A stretch of 64,000 bases of DNA, taken from assembly GCA_963696295.1 (NCBI GenBank), contig CAVOJR010000001.1, positions 736,001 to 800,000 on the forward strand, in the 5' to 3' direction. Numbering within the stretch: position 1 is the stretch's first letter; each line of letters starts with the position of its first letter. The notes below the pieces were generated by a model, which was given only the letters and a program-made list of their open reading frames with translations, did no database searches and was not told where the DNA came from. Of this stretch, positions 26,577-35,985 are shown piece after piece. The translations under genes were made by a program, and so were the position numbers. Origin of the DNA: an uncultured Chlamydiae bacterium (GTDB taxonomy: Bacteria > Chlamydiota > Chlamydiia > Chlamydiales > JAJFMB01).

Positions 26577-27908
26577 TTAAGACAACTTCAAATTATCGAG
26601 TTCTTTCAAAAATGCATTGATGAGATCCACGCTATTGCCAAGAGAATAGTTCGTATCCGTCAACCGAACGCGTTCCGAGTGGGCATGAAACTGCCGGCTT
26701 CTTTGAACAATCAGATTAGCTGTCTCGAACGACGATTCCATTTTTTTCAGGAATTCTTTCAGAGATTCAATCTGCTTTTTCTTATCGCGCACATCTGATT
26801 GACTTTCAAACATTTCGAGATAAATCAGCTCAACATCGGATGAGGTAAACTTTAAGCCCCCTTCTTGCGTAAAGCGAGCAAATATCTCCAGAATATCCTT
26901 TCTAAAGAACATCTCCTTCTTTTCTAACTCTGCCCCCATTAAAGACATAAAGCCAGAGACGTCTACGTTGGCAGTTTCTGCTAAGCGGCGCTGGAATTCG
27001 TCGAGATAGAGTTTCTTTTGCTCCGGGGTTTTCAGAGAAGAGACGAGAGCCCAAGGGAGCTTCTCCCTTTCTGTTGTCAACTGACGAATTGTATCGTTAA
27101 TTCGTTTGCACTCTATCGGATAGTTCTTGATCACTTCAGCGGCTTTTTCCAGTTCCTTAGAAGAAGGAGTCAAAATTTCATTGTTGTTCGATTCAATCAG
27201 CTTATCGAGCATCCCTTTTAATTGAATCAGGTTCCCTTCCAGAATTTCCAGCTTTTCCGAGAGAGATTCTCTTTCTTCCGCTCTTATTTTTTTCATTTGC
27301 TTTAAAAACGAACTTACAGACCGGATGTATTGCCATCCAAACTTATCGACCAACTTCCGGTCCAAACCAAATTCATAGTTGATTTTATCAAGCTGCTGGT
27401 TCAAGAGGTTGAAATCGACTTCGGTTTGATAACTCATGACTTCCAGTTCAAGGAGGGTTGACTCTTTTTCCAGCTGGTTTCTGGAAGACTGCAATCCCTC
27501 GGCATCCTCCTTAAACTTCACTAATGCAGGTGTGAAATAATTTTTCAGGACTTCTGCCTGACCTTTTATCTCCCCAATCAGAGTTGTGAAATGATCCCTC
27601 CAAAGAGTCCGGCATCTATTGATTTTATCCGCCAGCTCGTCATAATCTGCGGTATCAAGGTCTGCTTCCTGGATCCTTTTTGCTTCAATGGAGGCAAGGC
27701 GCTTAAGCAGGGAACCGTTAAGGACCATATTTTGCTCAAAATCAGCCTGGGTTTGCTGCAGACATTCCAAAGCATTGGCTATCACTATCAGATGATGCGC
27801 CGGGACGCCAGACGGGGTGTCGGAACGGGATGGCACTTCGTCATGATTCAACGGGGAGTAAGGCGGCGTGCTTGGGCCGGAAACAAGGATAAGGCGGCGA
27901 TTTAACAT
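26577..27908 (-). CDS. Coiled-coil hypothetical protein
   Basis: Long E/K/L-rich ORF with Ser/Pro-rich N-terminus. Confidence 0.7.
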   Translation of the reverse strand: MLNRRLILVSGPSTPPYSPLNHDEVPSRSDTPSGVPAHHLIVIANALECLQQTQADFEQNMVLNGSLLKRLASIEAKRIQEADLDTADYDELADKINRCRTLWRDHFTTLIGEIKGQAEVLKNYFTPALVKFKEDAEGLQSSRNQLEKESTLLELEVMSYQTEVDFNLLNQQLDKINYEFGLDRKLVDKFGWQYIRSVSSFLKQMKKIRAEERESLSEKLEILEGNLIQLKGMLDKLIESNNNEILTPSSKELEKAAEVIKNYPIECKRINDTIRQLTTEREKLPWALVSSLKTPEQKKLYLDEFQRRLAETANVDVSGFMSLMGAELEKKEMFFRKDILEIFARFTQEGGLKFTSSDVELIYLEMFESQSDVRDKKKQIESLKEFLKKMESSFETANLIVQRSRQFHAHSERVRLTDTNYSLGNSVDLINAFLKELDNLKLS

Positions 27909-28042
27909 AAAAACCCATTTTTTTTTGAAATTTGCCACTATTTTAACATATCCGGTAAATTAATTAAACATAAATTTCATATAAATCTTATTTGATTTAA
28001 TTAAAATAAATGCTATAATTAGTAATAAAATGAAAGGTTAAT

Positions 28043-30088
28043 ATGGAAATTAATGCAAAAAATCTTCCTGACAAACTTAATGATGCAAATACCGAAATCG
28101 TCGGGGGAAAACTAAGAGACAAAGCTTTGGAAGTAAATACTAATTTGCGACCCCGAATTGTAGATATGATGCCCCTTTCTTCCACTCCGAGTGATAAACC
28201 CCTTGTTCAGAAAAAAACATTTGATGATACGAGGTTTAACCTGACATTTGATAACCCTGAGAAACTCTATAAAGCGCGGCATGCAGTACTTTATGACGAC
28301 CGATTTCGTAAGAATGAATATAAAAGAAAAAATCTTTGTGAAATAGAAGATTTAAAATTAACAGATGTTTTTAATTTGGATGAAAAAACATTAAATTTCC
28401 TTTTCATCAATTCAAATACAAAAATTGCCGACTGCCTGACAAGAGCTTACGTCTCTGAAGAAGGGGAAGAAACCATACGATTTGCCATTCTTTATAACAA
28501 AAAAAATCGTCAAGCAGCGTATAAAAAAAACAACTTAAATGATATCAAAGATAAAAAATTAAATGAAGTGCTTAACCTGGATGATAGAACGTTAAAAGCC
28601 CTTTATAAAAATCCCGATATGACGGTTGCAGAATGCATGCAGCAGATTAATACCAAGGAAGTCGATAAACAAATATCAAATGCTTTAATGCAATATAACG
28701 GACGAAAAACAGATAAGGTAGAAATTAATGGCCGTAAATATACACAGACAACGCGTCATTTTGAAGCGGTACCCACTCAAGAAAAGGCCGGCGTTTCCCT
28801 CTTCGGCGTCTTTTACAAATTAGTCAGAGGAACCACGCTAAGCAGCGTTGCCATTAAAAATAAACAATACGATCGGGAGATGAAAGATTTTAATGCCAAC
28901 AATGCCGTAGTCAGAGGATCCGATGGGACGCACTATTGCGCCCGTTCAGCCCGCAGCGACACCCCCGGCAGGATTTACGAGCTCATGATGACCAATTATC
29001 TCTCGGCTAAAGGAAAAGGAGTGGGGATTAGCAAAGACGGCGAGGGTAAAACGCGCTTTACCTTTAGCATCACCAGCGGCCAGGACAGAAATATTTTCAA
29101 ATATTTATTGTCAAAGATTGGTTTCGGCGAAGATGAGTTGACGTCTGTGAAAAACATTGAGAAATCAATCCAGGAAATTTGGGGAGATAAAGAATTTATC
29201 CTCATGACAGACCAGGAATCCGGCGAAGAAATACGCGTCAATAGACCCTTATTTAAAACTCAGGTTTTTAGCGCTTATTCCGGAGACAGGGCATACACAG
29301 ATAGCACCCGGCAAGATAATATGAAAGCCTCTCTGCAACAAAAAGAGTTGCTTTCAGCCAAGATAATCGATGAAGTATTTACCAAATCAACCATCTCTGA
29401 AGAGGCTAAAAATATCCTGTTAGAGCTGAAAGAAATGGAAAATAAAGATACCGGAAATCCTGAAAAAGTCCAAGCTTTGCTTGCAAGAATTGAGAAGTGT
29501 GAAGAAAAAGCCCAGCTGATGAAATATTACCTGGCTCTCGAAGCCGTGCACATCAACACCACCGGCTATAATCTCTCAGGCATCCCTATGGATGGGGAAT
29601 TCGATCAGGGTAAAATCGTTCTTCTCGATATGCAACTGAATGAGTTATTAAACATCGCCGATTCCTATCAATGCAAGAGCGGCTGCGATCGCACCCTTCA
29701 AATGGTGGCCATGAAGATGGCCCTGGTGGAATATGAGAAAAAGAATGGAACCCCTTTCAACCCGCTGACAGACATAAAAGGGGAATATGCTAATTTGACG
29801 TCAGACGATGCAAAGCAGATGGAATTTGCAGACTATTTCCAAAAATTCGCGGTTGGTCTTGGCGCCAGCATTGTCAACAGCGCCCGCGGAATAAATCAGG
29901 TGAAATGGGAACATCAAAAGATCGTGCGTTTATTCTGCGATCCAATGGCCGGAAGCACTGCGGCAATTCCCGGTTTAATTATTGACTTCGGCGACAGGTG
30001 GAAAGGCTTTTTGATTTCCATCCACCTCTCTTACGCCTCAGCCAGAAACTGGTTTTCTCACCGTAAAATCAGGCAGATAAAGGTCTAA
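28043..30088 (+). CDS. Putative phosphoinositide phosphatase effector (CX5R, SopB/IpgD/INPP4-like motif)
   Basis: CKSGCDRT at 29672-29695; N-terminal duplicated module. Confidence 0.65.
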   Translation: MEINAKNLPDKLNDANTEIVGGKLRDKALEVNTNLRPRIVDMMPLSSTPSDKPLVQKKTFDDTRFNLTFDNPEKLYKARHAVLYDDRFRKNEYKRKNLCEIEDLKLTDVFNLDEKTLNFLFINSNTKIADCLTRAYVSEEGEETIRFAILYNKKNRQAAYKKNNLNDIKDKKLNEVLNLDDRTLKALYKNPDMTVAECMQQINTKEVDKQISNALMQYNGRKTDKVEINGRKYTQTTRHFEAVPTQEKAGVSLFGVFYKLVRGTTLSSVAIKNKQYDREMKDFNANNAVVRGSDGTHYCARSARSDTPGRIYELMMTNYLSAKGKGVGISKDGEGKTRFTFSITSGQDRNIFKYLLSKIGFGEDELTSVKNIEKSIQEIWGDKEFILMTDQESGEEIRVNRPLFKTQVFSAYSGDRAYTDSTRQDNMKASLQQKELLSAKIIDEVFTKSTISEEAKNILLELKEMENKDTGNPEKVQALLARIEKCEEKAQLMKYYLALEAVHINTTGYNLSGIPMDGEFDQGKIVLLDMQLNELLNIADSYQCKSGCDRTLQMVAMKMALVEYEKKNGTPFNPLTDIKGEYANLTSDDAKQMEFADYFQKFAVGLGASIVNSARGINQVKWEHQKIVRLFCDPMAGSTAAIPGLIIDFGDRWKGFLISIHLSYASARNWFSHRKIRQIKV

Positions 30089-30741
30089 GACTTCCTGCCA
30101 TAAGCGCGGTCGCCGGCATCACCTAAACCCGGTACGATATAGCCATTCTCATTCAAAACAGGATCAACGGCCGCCGAAAAAACTTTAATGTCCGGGTTAT
30201 ATTGCGCCACGCGGGCAAGTCCCGGCTCCGCGGCAATGGCCGTGACCACGAAGATCCTCTTCGGTCCATAAGATTCGATAATTTGAATGGCATTAAGCAG
30301 CGATCCGCCGGTCGCGAGCATTGTGTCGGCCAGGATCACGGTCCTGCCTTTAAGATCGGGCAGGGCGATATATTCCACTTTCGCCTTCAACGTCTTATCG
30401 TCGCGGGACATTGAAATAAAGCCGACTTCCGCATTTGGGAAAACTTTGTGCACGCCTGCCGTCAGCGGAAGCCCGGCGCGCAGGATAGTCACTAACACAG
30501 GCATTTCATCGATCAGCTGATGTTTAGCCTCGGCCCCGGTCAGGGTTTTGATCGCGGTTTCCTGAGCGCTCAGCTCTTCTAAGATATTCAGCGCTAAATA
30601 CTCGCCGATTTTTTCCACCGCCTGCCTAAAATGGGCCGCATCGGTTTGAGGATTGCGGATTTCGTAAACGAGCTGGCTTAAGGCCTGTGTCTGGGCAAAA
30701 GCTGCCGCAGTGAAGAGAGTCAATAGAAAAAAGAATTTCAT
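30085..30741 (-). CDS. upp: Uracil phosphoribosyltransferase with signal-peptide-like N-terminus
   Basis: ILRAG, DTMLATGGS, GYIVPGLGDAGDRAYG; N-terminus MKFFFLLTLFTAAAFA; GGAGG RBS. Confidence 0.92.
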   Translation of the reverse strand: MKFFFLLTLFTAAAFAQTQALSQLVYEIRNPQTDAAHFRQAVEKIGEYLALNILEELSAQETAIKTLTGAEAKHQLIDEMPVLVTILRAGLPLTAGVHKVFPNAEVGFISMSRDDKTLKAKVEYIALPDLKGRTVILADTMLATGGSLLNAIQIIESYGPKRIFVVTAIAAEPGLARVAQYNPDIKVFSAAVDPVLNENGYIVPGLGDAGDRAYGRKS

Positions 30742-30871
30742 AAGGGTGCCTCCATCAAATCTGGGAAGATACTATATACCGGCCTATTTTTTTGGAAGTA
30801 AAAGTTATGGGCTTGTCAAAAATATTGTTAAGTTATAGATTGGGTGTTTTCAAGCTATTTAGAGAAATGAG

Positions 30872-31093
30872 ATGGAAACTTATAAAATTGAAGAAGCTAA
30901 CCTGGCCAAACTGATCGAAAAGGTCTCTTTAGATCAAAATCTGTGCCGCATCACCTCTGACAACGGCAATGCCGTTCTGCTCTCCGAGGAAACGTACGAT
31001 AATCTGCTGATCACCCTGGAGCTGCTCTCTACGCCCGGTTTGATCGATGGGCTGAAAGAGCTCGAACCCAACGACACCCTTTCTATCAACTGA
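30872..31093 (+). CDS. Orphan Phd/YefM-family antitoxin
   Basis: NLAKLIEKV...ITSDNGNAVLLSEETYDNL..TLELLSTPG; no toxin follows. Confidence 0.8.
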   Translation: METYKIEEANLAKLIEKVSLDQNLCRITSDNGNAVLLSEETYDNLLITLELLSTPGLIDGLKELEPNDTLSIN

Positions 31094-31098
31094 CCGCT

Positions 31099-32478
31099 AT
31101 GGACGTCGAAATATTAGCCAGGCTGCAATTCGCCCTCACCATCATCTTCCACTACATCTACCCCCCTCTCAGCATAGGCCTTGGGCTGTGCATGGTGATC
31201 ATCGAAGGGATATATGTCAAAACCGGCGATGAGCGCTATAAGACCATCGCCAAGTTCTGGACCAAGATCTTTGCCCTCACCTTCGCTATCGGGGTCGCCA
31301 CAGGTATTGTCATGGAATTTGAATTCGGCACCAATTGGGCTGCCTACTCCCGCTATGTCGGGGATGTGTTCGGCAGCGCTTTGGCCGCCGAAGGGATCTT
31401 CGCTTTCTTTCTCGAATCGGGATTTTTGGCCCTGCTGCTCTTCGGCTGGAACCGCCTGAGCGCAAAAATGCATTTTTTTTCCACCCTGATGGTGTGCCTC
31501 GGCTCCCATTTCAGCGCGGTTTGGATCGTGGTCGCAAACTCCTGGATGCAAACGCCCGCCGGCTACCATATCGCAGGCGAGGGGCTGAACGCGAGAGCGG
31601 AGATCACCTCGTTCTGGGGAATGGTGTTCAACCCCTCATCGGTAGAGCGCCTCGCCCATGTCATCGTCGGCACGTGGCTTGCCGGCGCGTTTTTAGTGAT
31701 CAGCGTCTCCGCCTACTATCTTTTGAAAAGACGCCATCTCGATTTTGCGAAAACCTCGCTCAAAGTAGGCCTCAGCGTCGCTTTCGTTTCGGTGATCCTG
31801 CAGGCCATTGCAGGCGATGCCGCCGGCAGAACCATTGCCAAATACCAGCCGATGAAGCTCGCGGCCCTGGAAGGGCTGTTCCGCACGACAAAAGGCGCCC
31901 CCTTTACCATTTTGGGGATAGTCAACACGGAAAAAGAAAAAGTGGACTACGCCATCCAGATTCCGAAATTGCTCAGTTTTCTCTCCTTTCGCGACTTTGA
32001 CGCCACCGTAAAGGGTCTGGAAAGCGTGCCTAAGAAAGATTGGCCGAAAACCGCCGCCCTATTCCAACTCTATCGCGTGATGATCGGCCTTTGGATATTG
32101 ATGCTGCTTTTGGCTTTGGCCGGCGTTTACTTCTGGCGCAAAGGAACGCTCTTTGAAAAAAGATGGCTGCTGCACTGTTTTGCGTGGTCGGTCCTCTTTC
32201 CCCAAATTGCCAACCAGGTGGGCTGGATCTGCACGGAAATGGGCCGCTACCCTTGGATTGTGCAGGACCTCCTGCGCATCTCAGAGGGCCTTTCCAAATC
32301 CGTGGTGGCAAGCCAAGTCCTCTTCTCGATCATCATGTTCGGCGTGGTCTACACGTTTTTGTTTATTTTGTTTATCTATCTGCTCAATGAAAAAATCAAA
32401 CATGGGCCCGATGAACATGAGGCCGCCACACCCTACCACCTGGGCCAGGCTTACGTGAAGGGGATGGCCGATGTTTGA
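31099..32478 (+). CDS. cydA: Cytochrome bd ubiquinol oxidase subunit I
   Basis: LARLQFA...[35 protein letters not shown]. Confidence 0.97.
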   Translation: MDVEILARLQFALTIIFHYIYPPLSIGLGLCMVIIEGIYVKTGDERYKTIAKFWTKIFALTFAIGVATGIVMEFEFGTNWAAYSRYVGDVFGSALAAEGIFAFFLESGFLALLLFGWNRLSAKMHFFSTLMVCLGSHFSAVWIVVANSWMQTPAGYHIAGEGLNARAEITSFWGMVFNPSSVERLAHVIVGTWLAGAFLVISVSAYYLLKRRHLDFAKTSLKVGLSVAFVSVILQAIAGDAAGRTIAKYQPMKLAALEGLFRTTKGAPFTILGIVNTEKEKVDYAIQIPKLLSFLSFRDFDATVKGLESVPKKDWPKTAALFQLYRVMIGLWILMLLLALAGVYFWRKGTLFEKRWLLHCFAWSVLFPQIANQVGWICTEMGRYPWIVQDLLRISEGLSKSVVASQVLFSIIMFGVVYTFLFILFIYLLNEKIKHGPDEHEAATPYHLGQAYVKGMADV

Positions 32479-33487
32479 GTTTATCTGGTATGTCGTGCTG
32501 GTGATCCTCGTGACGGGCTATGCTATTTTAGATGGTTTTGATCTGGGTGTCGGCATGCTCCACCTCTTTTCCAAAAAGGATGAAGAGCGGCGTCTGATGC
32601 TCAATTCGATCGGCCCCGTGTGGGACGGGAACGAAGTGTGGCTGGTTTCGGCCGGCGGCGCTCTCTTTGCGGGCTTCCCCAATGCCTATGCTACGATCGC
32701 CTCCGGTTTTTACGAAGCGGTGATGCTCTTTTTGGCGGGCATCATCTTTCGCGCCGTCGCCATTGAATTTCGCAGCAAGCAGCCCATGGCGTGGTGGCGC
32801 TGGATGTGGGACATTTTTTTCAGCTTTGCGAGTTTCACGATAGCGCTTGGGCTCGGCGTGGTGCTGGGCAACCTGATCCGCGGCATTCCTATAAACGCTC
32901 AAGGGGACTTCACAGGCCACTTCCTCTCTTTCCTCAATCCCTATTCCCTCTTAATGGGTTTGACATCGGTGGCTCTCTTTTGCATGCACGGCGCGATCTA
33001 CATCGTCATGAAAACGGAAGGGGAACTGCATGATAAAATGCGCGAAAGAATCAACCCATCGATCATTTTCTTCATTATCTGCTATGTCTCCGCCACCATG
33101 GCCACGCTGATCTATCAGCCCCATATGGTTGAAATTGTGAAAAATAACCCTGCCCTTTTTATCCTGGCCCTGGCCACCATGCTGCTGATTGCGAATATCC
33201 CACGGGAGATTCATAAAGGGCATGACGGCCTGGCGTTTGGCTCTTCATGCCTCACCATCGTTTGCCTGATGGCGCTTTTTGCGATCGGCACCTTTCCCAA
33301 CCTGGTGCGGGCGAGTAACGACCCTGAGCACTTAAGTTTGACGATTTACAATGCCGCCTCCTCGGTCAAGACGTTAAAAATCCTGCTTACCATCACGGCT
33401 ATCGGCATCCCGCTCGTCCTCTCCTATACTTTTGGCATTTACTACCTCTTTCACGGCAAAGTGAAGCTAGAGGAAACAAGTTATTAA
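32471..33487 (+). CDS. cydB: Cytochrome bd ubiquinol oxidase subunit II
   Basis: LDGFDLGVG, IGPVWDGNEVWLV; overlaps cydA. Confidence 0.97.
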   Translation: MFEFIWYVVLVILVTGYAILDGFDLGVGMLHLFSKKDEERRLMLNSIGPVWDGNEVWLVSAGGALFAGFPNAYATIASGFYEAVMLFLAGIIFRAVAIEFRSKQPMAWWRWMWDIFFSFASFTIALGLGVVLGNLIRGIPINAQGDFTGHFLSFLNPYSLLMGLTSVALFCMHGAIYIVMKTEGELHDKMRERINPSIIFFIICYVSATMATLIYQPHMVEIVKNNPALFILALATMLLIANIPREIHKGHDGLAFGSSCLTIVCLMALFAIGTFPNLVRASNDPEHLSLTIYNAASSVKTLKILLTITAIGIPLVLSYTFGIYYLFHGKVKLEETSY

Positions 33488-33545
33488 TTTATATTGCCTT
33501 TATATTGATATAGAGTAATACTGCTTAATCTATAAAAGGTAATAG

Positions 33546-35984
33546 ATGAGCTCTTCCATACAACCTGTATCTCACCAATTATCTCAATCCTCCTTTTTCC
33601 CGGCCTCTGAAAACCTTCTGCAAAATCAGGAGATCGATCAAGCGGGCGCTTACAACATCTGGAATTCGTCATTCAGAAATGCCACCGTCATCACTCTTGG
33701 CAATAGGGAAAATCGGATAACCGCCACCTCCGGTAATGCCATGCGGGCTTTGATTGCCGCCTTAAATGCCAACAGAATAGAGAATTTAGACGTGACAGGC
33801 ATCCGGTTTACCCCTGAGACACTGGGTATATTTTTTTTCCATATCACCTCCACTTCAGTTAAATCCCTAAAAATAACTATCGATGACGCCCCGTTTCTGC
33901 AAAATTTCGCCGATCAAATCTTCCTTTCCAAGATAACAGAGCTTTGCCTGATCCTGGAAAAGGGGGATGAACGCTATTCGCTGGTCGATTCCTTGAATCG
34001 GTTATTACAAAATGCCCCCCTGCTGGAAGCTTTTGAAATTGCGAACTGGTCATTGACCGATGAGGAACTGGCGCGCGTCTTTCAGAATAACGCGCCGAAT
34101 CTGGCCTTTCTTTCCCTTGGCAAAAACAAATTAACGGAAAAAACGCTCCACTATCTCGCCTCTGAACAGAATGCCTTGTTACAACAAGCCTTCAGTTTAG
34201 ATTTTTCCGATAATCAGATCCAGGCGATTCCAAAAGAGTTCCTCATCAGCGCGGCAAAACCGGGTTTGATCCTGAACCTGAGAAATAATTTGCTTTCACA
34301 AGAGCAAGTTGAGGCCTTTTTCAGCGCGTTGCCAAAAAGAAACCGGGATCTGGAAATGGATATCTCTCTCTTTCCGCAAAAAGTTCAGCTGCCTTTCAGC
34401 TTACCCCAGAGACTGAAATATCGGCTCACCCCCAATCAGCCGGCCGCTCCCGAACCAAATGATTCCTATGCCCGCCTGTTTAAAAAGCAGTTTAAAGTGA
34501 CAAACACTTTTTGCCATATCGGTGATAACCTCGTGCCTTTAAGTTCAGAAATGATCCGCTCTTTGCTCTTCCACTATTTTCAGGGGAAAAGAGTCAGTGA
34601 AGGGGATGAGCAAAAAGCCTTAGGCCATATTTTCACCAAAAACGGGAACACCGCCCTGCTGATGCCCCCTTATGACCCTCCCCCCGCTAAGGATTCCTTT
34701 GCCTCCATTATTACCGATGAGGCGCTAACCCCCTCCAACGCTTCTTTACGCTTTTGGAAATTGCCGACAAAGGAAGAGGGCGTATTGGATTTGGATGGTC
34801 CTTTTACTTCAGTACCCGCCGTTTTGGGATTAATCGAGCTCCTATCCTATCCTGACAGCCCCATTAAGGAACTCATTTTAGGCCCTGAGATTTCGGATCC
34901 CTGCTGGGAAGCGCTGATGGCCCATTTACCCCTCGTGCAATCGCTAAAAGCCCTTAACCTCCCCGAAATTTCGGCAAAGCGCCTGCAGGATTTAGCCGCC
35001 CATGGAAAATCGCTATTATCCCGGGTGGAATATGCCGACTTTAGCGGCGAACCCGAAAGGGGATTTTTGGAGGCGCTGCTTCCAATCGTAGAGCTGGCCC
35101 CCCTGAAGTACCTGGATCTCTCCGGCCGGAAGATCGGCGACGAGGGAACCATCCGGCTGCTCCAGTTAAAGCAGCCCGAATACCTATCCCTGAATGATAA
35201 TAATATTACTGATGAGGGATTTGAAAACCTCTGCGAAACCTATGGGAAAACGGGAAATTTAAAAGAACTGGAATTAGACGAAAATCCCATCACTACCCCG
35301 CTGCCCCTCTTGTTCCTCCATCACCTTCAGCCGCTAACCGTTTCCATGCCGAATGTGCGTATATCCTCTGCGGAAATAATCGTTTATTACGATTTGCTGC
35401 TAATGGCACGCAAAGAGTCCTATATTGATCTGGTCAAACATGAGTTCCGCTATCACTTATATAGCCTGAATGCGTTAGCGGCAATTCTTGCGCGGCAGCA
35501 CCTTTTAAATGTAAAAGGAGACAAAAGACCCCTTCCTCTATTCCCAGGGACAGAGGAGATTCAACCTCACCTGGAAACCATGAACGTCTTGTATGGCAAA
35601 TCGGAATACACAGGGAGAGATATACAGTTTATCAATGGAAACCCCAACAATAACTACCTCATTGCTCATTTATTATCTATTGTTTACACCCCTCAATCCA
35701 CCCCTGCGACTCTGCTCGACATACTCGCTCAAGAAATGGGCATTGATAAAAAGGAGCTTTCCGAAAGGCTGGAGCAAGCCGCTGACGCCCCCCATTTAGA
35801 TCAAGAGGAGCGCTACCTTTTAGGCCTAAAAAAACTAGACCCCTTTCCGGTGTTTGTCTACCACAAGAATTCCCAATTTGTCATCACTAATGGCAGCCTT
35901 CATCCCGCCGGCGAATTTACCACCCTGCATTATGCGATTCTCCTTTATCGCACCCAAGAAGGCCGCTACTACCTGCTAAAATAG
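33546..35984 (+). CDS. Leucine-rich repeat (RNI-like) protein, candidate effector
   Basis: Repeated LxxLxLxxNxI/L units (LSLGKNKL, LDFSDNQI, LDLSGRKIGDEG, LSLNDNNITDEG). Confidence 0.75.
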   Translation: MSSSIQPVSHQLSQSSFFPASENLLQNQEIDQAGAYNIWNSSFRNATVITLGNRENRITATSGNAMRALIAALNANRIENLDVTGIRFTPETLGIFFFHITSTSVKSLKITIDDAPFLQNFADQIFLSKITELCLILEKGDERYSLVDSLNRLLQNAPLLEAFEIANWSLTDEELARVFQNNAPNLAFLSLGKNKLTEKTLHYLASEQNALLQQAFSLDFSDNQIQAIPKEFLISAAKPGLILNLRNNLLSQEQVEAFFSALPKRNRDLEMDISLFPQKVQLPFSLPQRLKYRLTPNQPAAPEPNDSYARLFKKQFKVTNTFCHIGDNLVPLSSEMIRSLLFHYFQGKRVSEGDEQKALGHIFTKNGNTALLMPPYDPPPAKDSFASIITDEALTPSNASLRFWKLPTKEEGVLDLDGPFTSVPAVLGLIELLSYPDSPIKELILGPEISDPCWEALMAHLPLVQSLKALNLPEISAKRLQDLAAHGKSLLSRVEYADFSGEPERGFLEALLPIVELAPLKYLDLSGRKIGDEGTIRLLQLKQPEYLSLNDNNITDEGFENLCETYGKTGNLKELELDENPITTPLPLLFLHHLQPLTVSMPNVRISSAEIIVYYDLLLMARKESYIDLVKHEFRYHLYSLNALAAILARQHLLNVKGDKRPLPLFPGTEEIQPHLETMNVLYGKSEYTGRDIQFINGNPNNNYLIAHLLSIVYTPQSTPATLLDILAQEMGIDKKELSERLEQAADAPHLDQEERYLLGLKKLDPFPVFVYHKNSQFVITNGSLHPAGEFTTLHYAILLYRTQEGRYYLLK

Positions 35985-35985
35985 C

